DNA of 63,530 nt, filler included, from Phoronis australis (GCA_002633005.1; 5 parts of 5 records of this genome joined end to end with filler, not necessarily neighbours in it); one strand, 5' to 3'. Shown: positions 50,815 through 63,530, counted from the whole stretch's first letter. Numbers and translations are program-made. The notes: generated from the sequence alone by a model not told the origin.

Positions 50815-51050
50815 GCTAAGTTCTTTCAAGACCATAGCGAATTGGACACAGTCCAGTACTTTTGGAATTAATGTATTTTTCTTTACAAGCTTGGCTTTGA
50901 GGCATGTTACCAGTTTATATGCTTTAGCCAGATCTCAGAGATGTCTGCTGTCTAACAGATCAAACTAAGAGCAGGCAGCTTTATGTCTAAACCTGACTTT
51001 CCGGACGTCAACTTTATCAGAGGATGCACGAAAAACAGTACAATGTAGAT

Positions 51051-52544
51051 ACCGTAAACGTTCGGGTTAACGCCCTGGGCGGTTAAATTGGCAAACACAA
51101 AAAATCGGGGGTGGGCAGTTAACCAGACATGGGCGCTTTAACGTGAAATTTCAAGAAATCTAGGGTGGGCAGTTAACCGAACATGGGCGCTTATTACGAC
51201 AGGCAACCGCCCTGGGCGGTTAATCTTACATCGTACTCGGAACGCGTAGCACTTTTCAAAGAGCGTTATCGTCACGTCGCCAGATGATGGGAAAAATGTC
51301 ATAACAGCGGATGATCCCAACAAAGATTCTCTTGCCCTCAGATTAGTTATTCGCTATTAAATTTACAGAATTGCTGAGTAATAATAGCCCCGTGGTGTCC
51401 TGCGGTCTTGTTACTTTGCCCTCTAGAGCACAGACGACCAGTGACCACGCAGCCTCCACTAGGATTACAACTATTTCAAGATGTGACCTTGTTAAAGTGC
51501 ACGCGTGCAAGCTTCACGTGTTGCAGAGGTCACAGCAGACATCAAATTTATGGTTACAGTCTCGTACTGAGCTGCCAAGTTCATAGTCTGAGAGCAGTTT
51601 TAAAATTAGTAGTAATAAAAGTTTGAAAAACTTAATTCAAATGTTTTTTGTGTTTATGATGTTTACAGTCGACACTCCGTGACTCAATGACATTTAGTTC
51701 TGCGGCTAGCTGTTTTATCTCGACCGCCCGGCATTGCTCAGTTGCCGTTGCGCCAAACATGCTCGGCAAAGAACTAGGCCTAAGACAAGAATCGGGGTTA
51801 AGCGGCCGTGAGCCACTCGTCAATCAAGCATAAAATTTCGAGCCACGACATACATACGTGATAAAACGCCACAAAACAGCGATGTTTCAATTCATTCTTA
51901 AACGATCACCTTACCAAACTTCGTGGTGGAAAAACATTTATTTTTCATGCAAGATGTCCAGATTATCCTATTTATATCACTTGCAATATCTCACTGCGGC
52001 ACTGTTCGGTCCCGCAGTTAGCGCGCAATGTCTCAGTCGGCTGACAATCGTGACTTGGAAATGCCGTCAAGTCATATAACGGCCTCTTTCAATATGCATG
52101 TCGTTTTTATGGCCAAAGACATGCTATGAACATTCCCACTAAATAAAATTGGTTCTAACCCCGGTGTTTAAGGTAAACGGCGGGGTATGGAAAATTGAAC
52201 TAGACCGTATTTATCCACCTTGGCTGAGACGCGCTCGGCTCATGCTCAAAGGGATGCCGCCAAGCTGCTCTATTCATCGAGTCACGAGCGAGGATAATTG
52301 ACTTCGCTCATGCGGATATGATCAGCTGATTACAGTCTAGCCTAACAACTGTACTTTTTATGGAGAGAATTTTACGTAGTTTTTACTGTAATATTTGAAA
52401 AGAGGAGCGAAAACAAATACGAATACAACTTTGAATTTTTCAAATCGGCCCAGGATAAGAGATTTTGCAACACAGAAACACTCACGATTACTTTCATTCG
52501 GCGCGCACGAATACAAAAATATAGGACCCAAGTTAGGATTGTAT
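51051..52544. mobile_element. TA-flanked pogo/Tc1-type element related to 41028-42548, cut by a gap
   Basis: Starts TA|ccgtaaacgttcgggttaacgccctgggc with repeated gggc(a/g)gttaa and gggcgctt motifs; segment 52120-52544 recurs at ~54944-55620. Confidence 0.55.
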
Positions 52545-52661
52545 NNNNNNNNNNNNNNNNNNNNNNNNNNNNNNNNNNNNNNNNNNNNTTAATTAATTAA
52601 NNNNNNNNNNNNNNNNNNNNNNNNNNNNNNNNNNNNNNNNNNNNATTAGTTTTATTGTACC

Positions 52662-53409
52662 TAAAGCCGGTTACGCAGTGATTTATTCATTGCTGGCTTC
52701 TCAAATTATTTGCACTCACGAACACTCCAAAGGCATTACAAATTGCATCTAATGAGACAGACTTTGTTTCAGTTTTATGTAAGTATTGGTTAGGGTGAGA
52801 ATAATTCATTTTGAAACAGAACGCTCAGTAATAAACACCAACATGGCAACTCGCAATCCCGACTTAGGACGAGCTAGAGCTCACCAGTCCCGACTTTGCA
52901 GGTGAATCGTTAAGTTTTACAGGCTATCAATTCGAACAGGAATACAATGATGAAGAAATACTAGAGAGGCTCCGTGAACGAGCTCAGACAACGGAACGTA
53001 TGGAGTTATTTGGTAAGCCGGCATTCGTGAGGCACTGTCGACGTCTGCAGGCCACAGACACGGAGATGTTTCACGGCCTCGGACTTGCAATTTACAGCGT
53101 GCATTTCATTCTTCACTACCAAGAGCCACTTCCTAAGCATTTCGGACTCTCGAGGAAGTAAAAAAACGATATACCCGCTTTCCTGGCAGCTGCTTAGTTC
53201 GGACAAGCGGGAACGATGCACCGCAACATAGCGGCATTCACTCTGCATATGAACCACTGACGTCGCTAGCGTCGTTTCTCACCTTCCTCACAGGTTAACG
53301 CGACACCTCTTGGCAAGGTAAGGTTGACCGTAAGCGAGGCGATGTGGATATAGACCGATTAAGATGGCAAAAGGCAAAAAAGACTAATTAAATCGGGTGG
53401 CATTCTCCT
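52662..53409 (-). mobile_element. Second, truncated copy of the THAP-bearing Kolobok-like element
   Basis: Aligns to ~38402-39137; ends gggtggcattctcct|TTAA; minus strand gives MLRCIVPACPN*...GISFF...LPRESEMLRKW...RVCG. Confidence 0.8.
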
Positions 53410-55238
53410 TTAAGATTGTGAAAACATTGATCTTACATGGGAAAAAAGATTAATGTACATAACCAGGTTTTTAAATAAATAACGAAATACTCTGAAAAAG
53501 ACTAGTTTTCTGGGTTTTGCTCATTTTGAATTCATTTGTTATGCAAATTTCATTGTTTAGAATTATTTCAAAATCTTTTGGAGCCAAAGAAACATGTTTA
53601 CTAAACCAAAGTAATTCTTGAAGTGTTTTGTCGTTTTCAAGGTAATAAGTTGCTCTCCTTTTAAAACATCACTTGTTAAACTTAGCTTCAGGGGCAAAAA
53701 TGTCCTGTCACAAGTCGATGGTGAATTTTTCATTTTTTGTTGTTCTTGTTTGTGCAAAATATAATAATTTGTGGTTTGGTGTCTATGCCATGTTGTTAAC
53801 CTACTTGTAAAGTACTCTTCACCTTGTTTTAAGAACACTGTGAGCTATGGATTCCCAAATATAGGTGCCTAAACTTGCCATTTTGTGTGGCCTGAAATTT
53901 CTGGGTGCCGTTTGATGAAAAAAAGCCATTTTTGAGGCTCTAAAATTCAAATAACTCGAGAACCGCCAAACCGATTTGAAACATTCAAAAAGTTGTATAA
54001 ACTACATGTCTAAAGCTATCATTTAACACTCTTTTCAAGTGTTTCTGATGAAATTTGTATTTGGGTTCGCTCACCCTATTTGCCCCCATAGATGATAGAT
54101 AAAGGCATCGCCTTACATAATTTAAGCAACCCTTAAAATTAAACCAGTGCACAAGTAATCTGTGAATAGTTTTTAAGAAATGCAGTACGAATTATTTGCA
54201 TAAAGCTGAACAGATGTACCGTATCTTTAAGCTTTGCTCTTGGAGTTTGGGCATCTCTTCCTGGGTTCGCCATCTTCGTATTTGCACTGTTATGCTTCTT
54301 CAGGCGTAGAAGAACCAAGTTTTTTTTTGCAGCGCCCTCATGTGACGAACGCGACCCGGAATAGCCCGAGCCAGGGGACTGTGGAACGTGTTGAGATCAT
54401 TGACTAAATTGAGAAAAGTAAAACAGTTATTCAGACCCGTAGGAAGGACAGACTTATTGGGGGACACAAACCAATTTGACTTCGTCATCCTACCTCCTTG
54501 TTATCGCCACCTCTCACCCATTCTCTGGATAGGCCTATCACCAGTACTGGCCGGCCCTCCACGTCCGCCAGAGTTGGGGGGCCATAGGCCTACCGGGGAT
54601 GCAGCCATCAGGATTTGAATAATCATGAACCAACAAAGTTTTACGGAGAGTAAGAATGGGTCTAGGGCCAGCGTACTGACTGGTGGTACGGAAGCCGAGT
54701 GAAGTAACTACATGTATAGCTGGGCTCCAACACCGTGACGGTGTATTCACACCTCATTCCTATGCTCTGAGCTAGTCGAAAGTCAAGGTTTGTTTTATAA
54801 TCCACTCGGGAAAACTTCGTTTTATTATGGCCAGTCTTTGAAGTATTTTATTTTTTTGGAAAGGTGAGGTCCCGAGACTGGTATGAGTGCCTTTGTGGCC
54901 GTTTCAGAATCCCTGAAACACAGCCGGTAGTCCTGCCAGTTGCCATGCTATAAACATTCCCACTTCAAATAAGATTGGCCCAAACCCCGCCTATCAGGGT
55001 AAAACTAGGTGGCCGGGGTTTGGCAGATTGAACTAGACCGTATTTATCCACCTTTGGCTGAGTCGCGCTCGGCTCACGATCAAAGGGATCCCGCGAGTCA
55101 CGAGCGAGGCCTTGGCTTCAATGCGGATATGATCAGCTGATTACAATCTAGTGTAGCAGACTGTAGTTTTTATGGAGAGAGTTTTACGTAGTTTTTACTG
55201 TAATATTTGAAAAGAGTAGCGAAAACAAATGTGAGTAC

Positions 55239-55504
55239 TGTTGTGTATCTTACTTTGTCAAATCATAAAGTAGACACTCCATTAACTATGCAGTGAAACG
55301 AACAGAATTGAACTGAACACTGAACTTATTTATTCTACATATCACAACAATATATACACACACAACTACATAACAACATATGATGCGTTATCTATGACAC
55401 ACTTCCTATACCAGGAATCGCATGACATAATACCAATTAAACTACTGAGCTCGTAAACAATAACAACCTACAAACATCCTGTTATTGTGACTAAGTACAC
55501 AACA
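55239..55504 (-). mobile_element. Solo LTR (266 bp), TG...CA, 5-bp TSD AGTAC
   Basis: agtac|TGTTGTGTA...TACACAACA|agtac; the paralogous repeat at ~52420 lacks the insert; TTTATT at ~55330 suggests minus orientation. Confidence 0.85.
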
Positions 55505-55960
55505 AGTACAACTTTGAATTTTTCAAATCGGCCCGGGATAAGAGATTTTGAAACACAGCAACACTCACGTACTTTCATTTGGCCCACACGAATACAAAAA
55601 TATAGGACCCAAGTTACTTAGATTTTGGAACACACTGCATTGCAATATTCAAAATACGTTTATTATGAATCTTACAAGCTGCAAAACGACGTTGTTTAAT
55701 TTCATTGTGCTCATTCAATGTCATCCGTCAAATCGGAAATTTCTGAGATGTGATCTGCGGCGTGCGCGTATGTGTACAAAACACGTGATTGTTATGTTCC
55801 TGAAGTACGAACTTTTGCATGCCGTTATACGATTGACAGGGACACGATCAAACGAATTTGGATTTTGGCTGTAGTCTTTATACAGCGAGCTGGTTGACCA
55901 CTGCGTCAGTGTCTCCATTAGACCCAGAAATTTCACACTGGCAGCCCGGGTAGTTCACCT

Positions 55961-56429
55961 CAGTGGCGGATCTAGAATATCAGGGGGGCCAACGTCCGGC
56001 TAAAGCATTCGCGCACCCCACGATTGTAGATACGCATAGCACCGAATGGGGGGAGGTCGGGAGGGGTTTGCCCCTCCGTGGCCCAGGGACTTTTTTTTCC
56101 TCTAAAAATCAAGCATTTTCCTTGATTCATGAAGTATTATCCAAGAAAAAAAGCAATAAAAAAAACACGGAGAACGTGTCAAATAGGAAAATCTGCAAGT
56201 GCCACAGACTCGAAGTCACGACCTGGCGTATAGAGCGCGCGTACTTTACCACTACACCACCACGATTTAATTCATAAGCAGGTACTTGTTTTATGGGTAT
56301 AATTTTTGTTGCCGGGGTTAATTAATTAACTCAACATTTCCATACGTTCGTGCTCAGTGTTTTATTTTTTGCGGCAGCCAAGGGGGGGGGGGAGGAGGCG
56401 GCCGGCCNCCCCCCGTAAATCCGCCTATG
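55961..56429. mobile_element. hAT-like MITE with an embedded tRNA/SINE-like segment
   Basis: cagtggcggatctag...gggggggcc start and ggcc..ccccc.taaatccgcctatg end; minus-strand A-box and B-box-like motifs at ~56197-56263; no TSD recognised. Confidence 0.5.
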
Positions 56430-57256
56430 CAATTTCATAGATAGTTCCCAAGACTCTCTGTCATATATAGCAGTATGTTTGTATCAAAAATGATCAGCCA
56501 ACCGCTGACTGGTAGATCACTAAACTGAAACATAAATATGTAAATCTTATACCGGCATGGAAATTAGGTCACTTGATGTGGCCAATAGGTGGCGTGCTGG
56601 TCAGATAAATGTTTGCGAAATTAAAACATATGTGTCCTGAATGCAAAAAAAAAACACGTTTAAATGCCATGTCTGATAAACGTCACTGATAATGCGTGCA
56701 TGAGCCCTTTGTAGAAAATTCTCCGCATTACTTATGCTGAAGGCAAAGTCACGTTACTATCAAACAGCTTCCGTTTCTCGTAACGATTTAAACAAATTTC
56801 TTTACTATAAACACTGCCATATTCGCTTTCGTTATACGGATGTTCAATTACCTTTTCGAACAGTGTTTGCAATATATCGCCATGTATAACAAGCAAATTA
56901 CGTAATAATACCCCAAAGCGGCGTTCGCGACGAATTTGCTAGGTAACAGGATAAAGTGATTGATTGTCTACTACTTGGGGAATTATCATAACTTCTGTAC
57001 AGTTCATCTGAACTGAATTGAAATGACTCGCCCAACCGTGATAGTTAACGGCTATACAAAATGACACACAGCCAGTAATTCCTGCAGAATGGGATTACAT
57101 GTAGATTTACCTTGTCTCACTCGAGACATCACGCGTCAGGAGGGTGGGGGGGGGGGNNNNNNNNNNNNNNNNNNNNNNNNNNNNNNNNNNNNNNNNNNNN
57201 TTAATTAATTAANNNNNNNNNNNNNNNNNNNNNNNNNNNNNNNNNNNNNNNNNNNN

Positions 57257-57624
57257 TGCAGCAATGTGTGCGGCTGGGTTGCAGGAACTGTTCCATATCC
57301 ATAGAGATGTTTGCGGCAAGCTTGCAGCAATGCGTGCGGCTGGATTGCAGGAACTGTTCCATATAAGGACATAGAGATGTTTGCTGCAAGCTTGCAGCAA
57401 ACTTCATTTGCATGGTAAAAGTTTGGTGCATGTTTGCGGCAAGCATGCCGCAAGCTTACGGCAATGTTTGCGGCTGGGTTGCAGGAAATTTGCATCCACT
57501 CTTTGGTCAGAGTTGATTCTTCGTGTTTGCGGCTGGTTTGCAGAAACTTTTGCAGCAAGCTTGCCGCAACTTTGCGGCAAGCTTGCGGCAAGTGTTTGCA
57601 GGAAGGCTTTTTTTTTGGTATGGG
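57257..57624. mobile_element. Repeat-rich element end with palindromic gcaagcttgc units, terminating ttttttttggtatggg
   Basis: Multiple (g)cggcaagcttgc(c/a)gcaa palindromes and a ~70-bp duplication; the other end is lost in a gap. Confidence 0.5.
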
Positions 57625-57779
57625 TAAACTATAGCCAACTACCAGCTGAAGTTCCATAACATTAATTGACAAAAGTAGTCCACCAGTAATGAAGAATAGA
57701 TGCACACCATTTCATTTTCATTTGAAAGTAAATGAAAAGCTGGAAGAGTTGAAACATCTAGATGTGATAGATCGAGCAG

Positions 57780-58550
57780 ATGTGATAGACCGAGTAGATG
57801 GCCAAACTTCCTGGGTAAACCCTTTTGTGAGATGAAACCAAATGGTGACCTCAGACTCTGTCTTGATATGCGTAGGGCAAATACCACTATTTTACCGGGA
57901 GAAACACCCAGTTCTCACAATAGAAGTGACTTTATCTGGGTTCTGGGGCCAAATGTATGAGTAAATTAGACATCAATACCACCTTTCATCACTGAGCCAC
58001 ACTCATTATACAGATATAAAAGACTCATATTTGGAGCAAAGATGGCCAAAGACAAATTTCCGCAACTCATCACTCAGGTGTTGAAGGGCTGACTTGGTGC
58101 TCACAACATACATGATGTTATCCACCATGTTGCTGACAGTAATGAACAATTAGACGACAGAGTTGAAGTAGTTATCCATACATAAGCAGAAAATGGGACG
58201 ACTCCAGATAATCTCAAGTGTGAGGTTGAGAGTAGCTTGCATGAATTTTATGGGTCACGTCATGAGTTCAGAGGGTTTCAAAATCGGCGATGAGAAGGTC
58301 AGAGTCAAGGCTGAGTTCAGAATTGTTGCATTAGTGTAAGTCACCTTACTATTGTCGGGGCACACATATATTCGAGGTCTGGATCAGCCATTACAGAAGC
58401 AAGTAAATGTTACCTTGCATCATTGTGTTAAATACTAATGCACACGGGTATTAAGCATACATTAATGTCTAGTTACCATCCTAGTTCTAATGGTGCAGCA
58501 GAACATAGCCTACAAATTTGCAAGCGATCATTGAAAAAGCACATATGTTG
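57780..58550 (+). mobile_element. Decayed Gypsy/Ty3 LTR-retrotransposon pol fragments (RT and integrase core)
   Basis: Pieces read WVNP...KPNGDLRLCLDMRRAN, SKLD, YRYKRLIFG, QVLKGL.GAHNIHD and SSYHPSSNGAAE...KRSLKK, with many stops and frameshifts. Confidence 0.8.
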
Positions 58551-61206
58551 ACTAAATATCAGAAGTATGTTAGTGATGTGGAGAAATTAGAGTAAGACAA
58601 CTTTTTGTTTTTGTAGCCAAACAGTGAAATTTCCATGCATCCTGGTACTTTTCTGGCACTTAACATGTCCCTGGAGTTTTTCTTAAGATAATTAAAAACT
58701 CTTCTCGATTTTTGGCTCATAAGTTTCGTGAAACCATATTTGTGCACATCTGGGTATGAGTCACGCCACCAGCAAAAATTTTCGTTGGAACATCTGCTTA
58801 CACACACCTTCTTAGCATACGAAAGAGTGTGGTGTGTATACAGGGGCTTAGACAACTACCAAACATTGAAGAGCATAAGGAGCACCCACGGGGCGTAAAA
58901 TCAGATGATCGCAACAGCCTCAAGCTGTTTAAGAATGAAGACCTGTACTATTAGTACGGAAATAAAAATGTGTTCTGTCTCGTTACGCGAAAAACTGGCG
59001 AACGATGGTGCTCTCAGGTCATAGTCTATTACTAAAAGCAACAATAAACAATTAAGTATCACTTTATTAAGCTGAATCACGTTGACAACAATTGAAAAAC
59101 GTCAAATGTATCAGGAAACAAATCATCTGAAAACACTTCCACGAAACCAAAACACTCTGTAAGCCTACACCGTGGTGAAAAGATATGCAGTAGTAGTTCC
59201 TAGAGGGACCAGTCTTATATTCTGATTTCGTAATAATCAGAAGATTACAAGATGTACACTGAGAGTACACAAAAACTCTGGCCTCGTCCGTCACGAGACC
59301 AAAAGTACACCTATGTGCTTATTATCCTTATAAAAATAGTCGATCTGTAGCGGGACCAAACAGTACTGGTTGAGATAAATAGTTTTACAAAGCACACTTT
59401 GGTAAAAAGCATCACAAGACTAGTTCGCTGAGGGACCAGAAGTACACTGAAACTCGATATCTACACAAATCAAGCTGGCCTGGTCCGTCGTGAGACATAA
59501 AGCGTACTTTGCAAAAAATTTTGAATTGAAACTTCTCTCTAGACACGTTTTAATCCCCAGTGGTTGCTCGTACGTGTAATTTACACATCTGGTGGTCAAC
59601 TGCTCCGAGAGGTTGTCAAGGAAGGGTTTTCGCACCGTTCTGTAGTACTCACTAGAAGAAATAAGTATTGGGTACAGATTTAACTACGCACTGTGTGAAA
59701 AAAGATTTTGGATATGAAGCAGATAGACTCATGTGGAAATACAAACCAGAATCAGTTTCTGTGCACTCGTAGACCCTCTGGTGTACTGGGTAAATTTGGC
59801 ATGTCTAAAAATAATTTCTATTTCGTTTTCATTGTACACAAGCATAAAAAAACCGACATTATTACAAACTGTGAATAATTATAACTTATTACCTGGGTGT
59901 TTCACCAGGAACTTTGGTCCTATCTTCCTGCTGTCTAGACTGCCGAGGATTCTGTATATCGGATCCAATGGTTTGCTTGTCTTAGAACCATAATTGTAAT
60001 CTGCGAGAGAAAGCTTGCTTCACCACTTAGTTTTTTGTGAAATGGAAAGACATGGATTGCAAGTTTACTTATTAAATACTAGTCCACGAGAGCACCAACC
60101 ATGAGCGGCAAGGTGGGGGTCAGCCGATTTTCACCAAATTTGGCACATATGTAGTCCTATGGGATTTATAAACAGCGGTAAAATATTTCCTCAAAATATT
60201 TTGTTTTTCTAAAGTTAAAGGTTCAAACACATTTTACGGTTTCGCAGCCATGTTTTCACGGTATAAAAACTGTCCAGTTCTAACTGTTCATATTTTTCCT
60301 TGAATGAAAGCTATTGATTTATTATTCGCTTGACATTATTTAGTGGTGCCTATAGATTGTTACACAGATGTCTTGAAACACGATTCCGATTTATCACCCT
60401 CATTTAGTAGTTTTACTACACTGCCCCCCGTTATGCCATTTTGAGGTTGTGTTCAGTACACTGCTGTACCAAATCTGCCCCCACTGTTATGAGAATGAAA
60501 CTTAGCCAAAATGCTGACAAAACATGTTAATTTCATTGCATAAAATAAAAACTTTGTCAGCCAGTTTATTAGTTATACATTTTGGCAACCTCAAATGTCT
60601 ACTAAAATGAGAAATTTTCATGTATCTGAGATCGATGCGTGAGCACCGTAAAATCCGATTGTCCTTCATATTTTTCGATATTTTTCAACAAGTTAGTTCC
60701 TCCTGAATGTTTTGAACGTTTTACTACTTATCACTTTGGGCTATAGTACCCCTAAATACCATACATGGCTCCATTTTGTAAAAAGCCGATTGTGTCCTCC
60801 ACAGTGAACAGGGTTAGACATGAACTCGACAAAGGTTATTTTGATTTACAGTNNNNNNNNNNNNNNNNNNNNNNNNNNNNNNNNNNNNNNNNNNNNTTAA
60901 TTAATTAANNNNNNNNNNNNNNNNNNNNNNNNNNNNNNNNNNNNNNNNNNNNTTAAGATCACACCAGAATCCCTGGTAAACCCCCCCCCCAGCATTGCTG
61001 TAACATATCATCTTGAACGTCATTCTGTTGAAAGTATTTTATATTTAGCTGTTTTCCTTAAAGTCCTAGTTTGTGTTTGTTGTTTTTCAGTGAATTTGTG
61101 GAGCTCCGTCGAAGTCAGGAAGTCGTTGTGAAAAATGTGGAGTTGATGAAGATCCCAGTCTTCCGCGACATTGAGAAAGGTTTGCACTGTGCTGCAAAGG
61201 TTATTA

Positions 61207-61290
61207 AAGAGGTAAGAGGGGAGGGAGAAGGGCGAGGGCGAGGGAGGAGAGGAGAGGAGAGGGGTAGAGGTAAGGGGCGAGGAGAGCTGG
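61207..61290. repeat. Purine-rich (GGA/GAG) low-complexity tract
   Basis: Read directly. Confidence 0.7.
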
Positions 61291-61885
61291 GGATATCTCA
61301 GGTGCTGGTTGTGCAAACCTATCTGTTGAATTCGGCTTCAAACGAATCGCAGATGTAGGTATTAGATCACTTCTTTGCTGCTAGGGTTTTGCTGTTAGTC
61401 AGACGTTAAGTTTGACTTCAGATAGCTTCAACTGCAGTAGTTCCTCATAGTGGTGTTTTTTGTGTCTTTGGCTGTATCTCCTAAACCCTCTGCAGGACCG
61501 TTGTTAATTTTTTCTATCTTATTTGGTATCTTGGGAGTTAAGCGATGACTTTTTTCTGTTTTCAGATGGGTTTGAAGTAGTACATGCCACCTAGTGGCTA
61601 TTTTTATTATATTTGAGTCTGTAGTGATCAAAACCATTCTCAGGATAAACATATTCTTACTGGTAATGTTGGCCATTATATTTGAATATCTGTGGATCCT
61701 AATGGCAATTTGCCTTAAGTTTGTATCTTTGGAGATTTCAATTTGCAGTGCAGTCGTGGGTGCATTTCAATGCTCTGCGTTGCTCTTGTGAATGTAATGT
61801 TGTGCTGTTCGCAGTAAATAGTGAAATATTGTTTGCCTATCGGATGCACGTCAGTCCCACTCAGTTCATGTGGGCTGTTTATATG

Positions 61886-61991
61886 GTTATTATTATGATA
61901 GGTATTATTAATATGAAAATTATTTTTATTGTTATTGTTATAATTATTGTTATTATGTTTGTTGTTATTGTCATTGTTATTATCATCATTA
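61886..61991. repeat. Degenerate (ATT/GTT)n low-complexity tract
   Basis: Read directly; it produces the spurious Ile/Val-rich ORF 61721..62005. Confidence 0.75.
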
Positions 61992-63530
61992 ATTTTCTTA
62001 TTTGACTGGAAACCACAATTCGTTTATAGTTTTAGTTCGTGAAGAAGTTGTTCAGGTAAAAAATTCACTTACTATACGAACCTTTTATTGTGAACAGTTA
62101 GATTTCACGCCCTGTTTTGTTTCTTGTAGAAACTACGAGTTCAAGATCTGAGGCTAGGTGATGGGGCCCGACCGTTGAGCTCTCCTCATGTTATGGTTGC
62201 ACAAAGTCTTCTGTGAGTTTTGGCAGTATCGGTCTACACACAGGACATAACTGTGTGCATTGTTTTACCATCATGGTTGCTGTGCACCAAGAACATCTTA
62301 TTAGGTCACATGATGTGGCCAACAGATGGCGTGCAGACCAGACAGTTGTATGAAGAGGGACTGAAACATGTTGCCTATATACAATTTGTGAAAACACTGA
62401 ATGTCCGTCTTATGCTGTTTTATTTTCATTACTGAGTCAATTTTTGACTTTGATGCACAAGTGCATTGAATTTTTCAATTATATTATGTATTGCCTCCTA
62501 AATTAAGAATCAGGTGACTATGCGTGACCCCTGACCCCAGGTCACTATTTGTTTTCAAATGACGATGATGAGATCATGCTGTAGTAAGACTCACCATGGA
62601 CTGTTGTATCCTGATGAGTTGACGGCTCACTGTTATATCCTGATGAGTTGACGACTCACTCATACTACAGCTAGCTGCTATAACATTACGTTATTTTGAA
62701 CAGCTAGTCGAGTATATACAAAACTCTACATATTCTTAAATTGAAAATCTTGTAGAATTTGACGCATGACTTTATACCAATGTGTCACGAATTGGGTCAG
62801 TTGACTATGTCTGTTAATAAGATTTAGAAGAACACAAGGGGCACATCAATAACAGCATAACAGTATCAAAAAAAATAGCAAATTTTATGTGATATTAATG
62901 TTATAGATGAAATCTCAGAAACGCGACAGTTTTCTAAATTGTAATTTCGTTTTTGTTTGATGCGACTTTTGTCATAGAAGTTGTAAAAGTCATGACATCA
63001 GTGTCTGAAAAATGATGAATCTTGGTTCTACACATAACCTGAATAAATTCAATGGTTAGAACACACCTGTATGTAAGAACCCCCTTATTTACCCCACTTC
63101 TCATTTTGTTTCAGTGAGTATAAAGAGGTGTTCGATTCATACAGCAAAAATGGGGGAGAGGTCAATGGTCAAGATGTGAGTATTTGAATTAAAATTCATT
63201 CTCTGCTGGGCAATGTGTTGATGAGTCATTTATCTTTCATTTGAAAGATTTATCAATTTAGGAAATAATTAAATTGATCTCCTGTATCTGGAGCCCTCGC
63301 GGGATTTGAAGTGGCATTTGTCCTGACTATGGCGATTCCCTCAAATTTCACTCATTGCCACAACATTGGAAATGACAACCTGGCCATTTAATAAGCTTGA
63401 AGGAAAAGGTATTCACGTTCACGTTCACGTTCAAACAAAAACAATCACCACGTTATCCATTTCCTAATTTTCAAAATCTCACTTCATTACAACAAACGTG
63501 TGCTTGGCTGATGCGACTGTGTAAACCTTA

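Larger units (their letters stand above)
46426..51050 (+). repeat. Segmental duplication, copy 2 (contains precursor gene 2 and a ~1.3-kb insertion)
   Basis: Direct repeat of 27636-31019 about 19-20 kb downstream; interrupted at ~47748-49068 and ends where a TA-flanked element begins. Confidence 0.9.

Noticed and set aside
57257-57603. Regularly recurring palindromic repeats, superficially CRISPR-like
   Set aside because: Eukaryotic context, no unique spacers of constant length and no cas genes; consistent with subterminal repeats of a DNA transposon.
60780-60806. CACAGTG (RSS heptamer / Transib-like terminus) at the end of a repeat-like region; similar CACTGTG near 53835
   Set aside because: No matching opposite TIR, nonamer or 5-bp TSD could be identified.
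62190-62660. Possible GIY-YIG remnant (KLYIG on the minus strand) and a duplicated tatcctgatgagttgacg motif
   Set aside because: Too degenerate to call a Penelope element with confidence.

Overview
AT-rich, intron- and transposon-rich genomic DNA from an animal, probably a marine invertebrate; the species cannot be determined from the sequence. The window has six assembly gaps, four of them 100-bp spacers containing TTAATTAATTAA. Most entries in the ORF track are noise; the real genes are spliced and were reconstructed by hand. (1) At 0.9-23.6 kb, a + strand ankyrin-repeat gene has at least nine phase-0 exons, each encoding one repeat (about 290 aa spliced; start and stop not found). (2) Two tandem paralogues (29096-30698 and 49163-50730) encode a secreted prepropeptide of 224 and 209 aa inside a ~3.4-kb duplicated block. 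Each has a signal peptide, a charged pro-region and a cassette of Arg/Lys-Arg-flanked x-F-G-x-x-G repeats. Signal peptide, pro-region, C-terminal tail and 3' UTR are nearly identical between copies, but the predicted mature peptides differ (NFGPQG x3 plus NFGMY-amide versus NFGYYPWK plus NWGKY-amide). This is the best candidate for an undescribed neuropeptide, toxin or pheromone family. (3) The rest is mostly transposon debris: Kolobok-like TTAA elements (one with a THAP remnant, one with a P2X7-ballast/KolX-like Cys motif), pogo/Tc1-type, Harbinger-type and hAT-type MITEs, Penelope and Gypsy fragments, a solo LTR, and Helentron/HINE-like repeats including an 880-bp higher-order tandem array.
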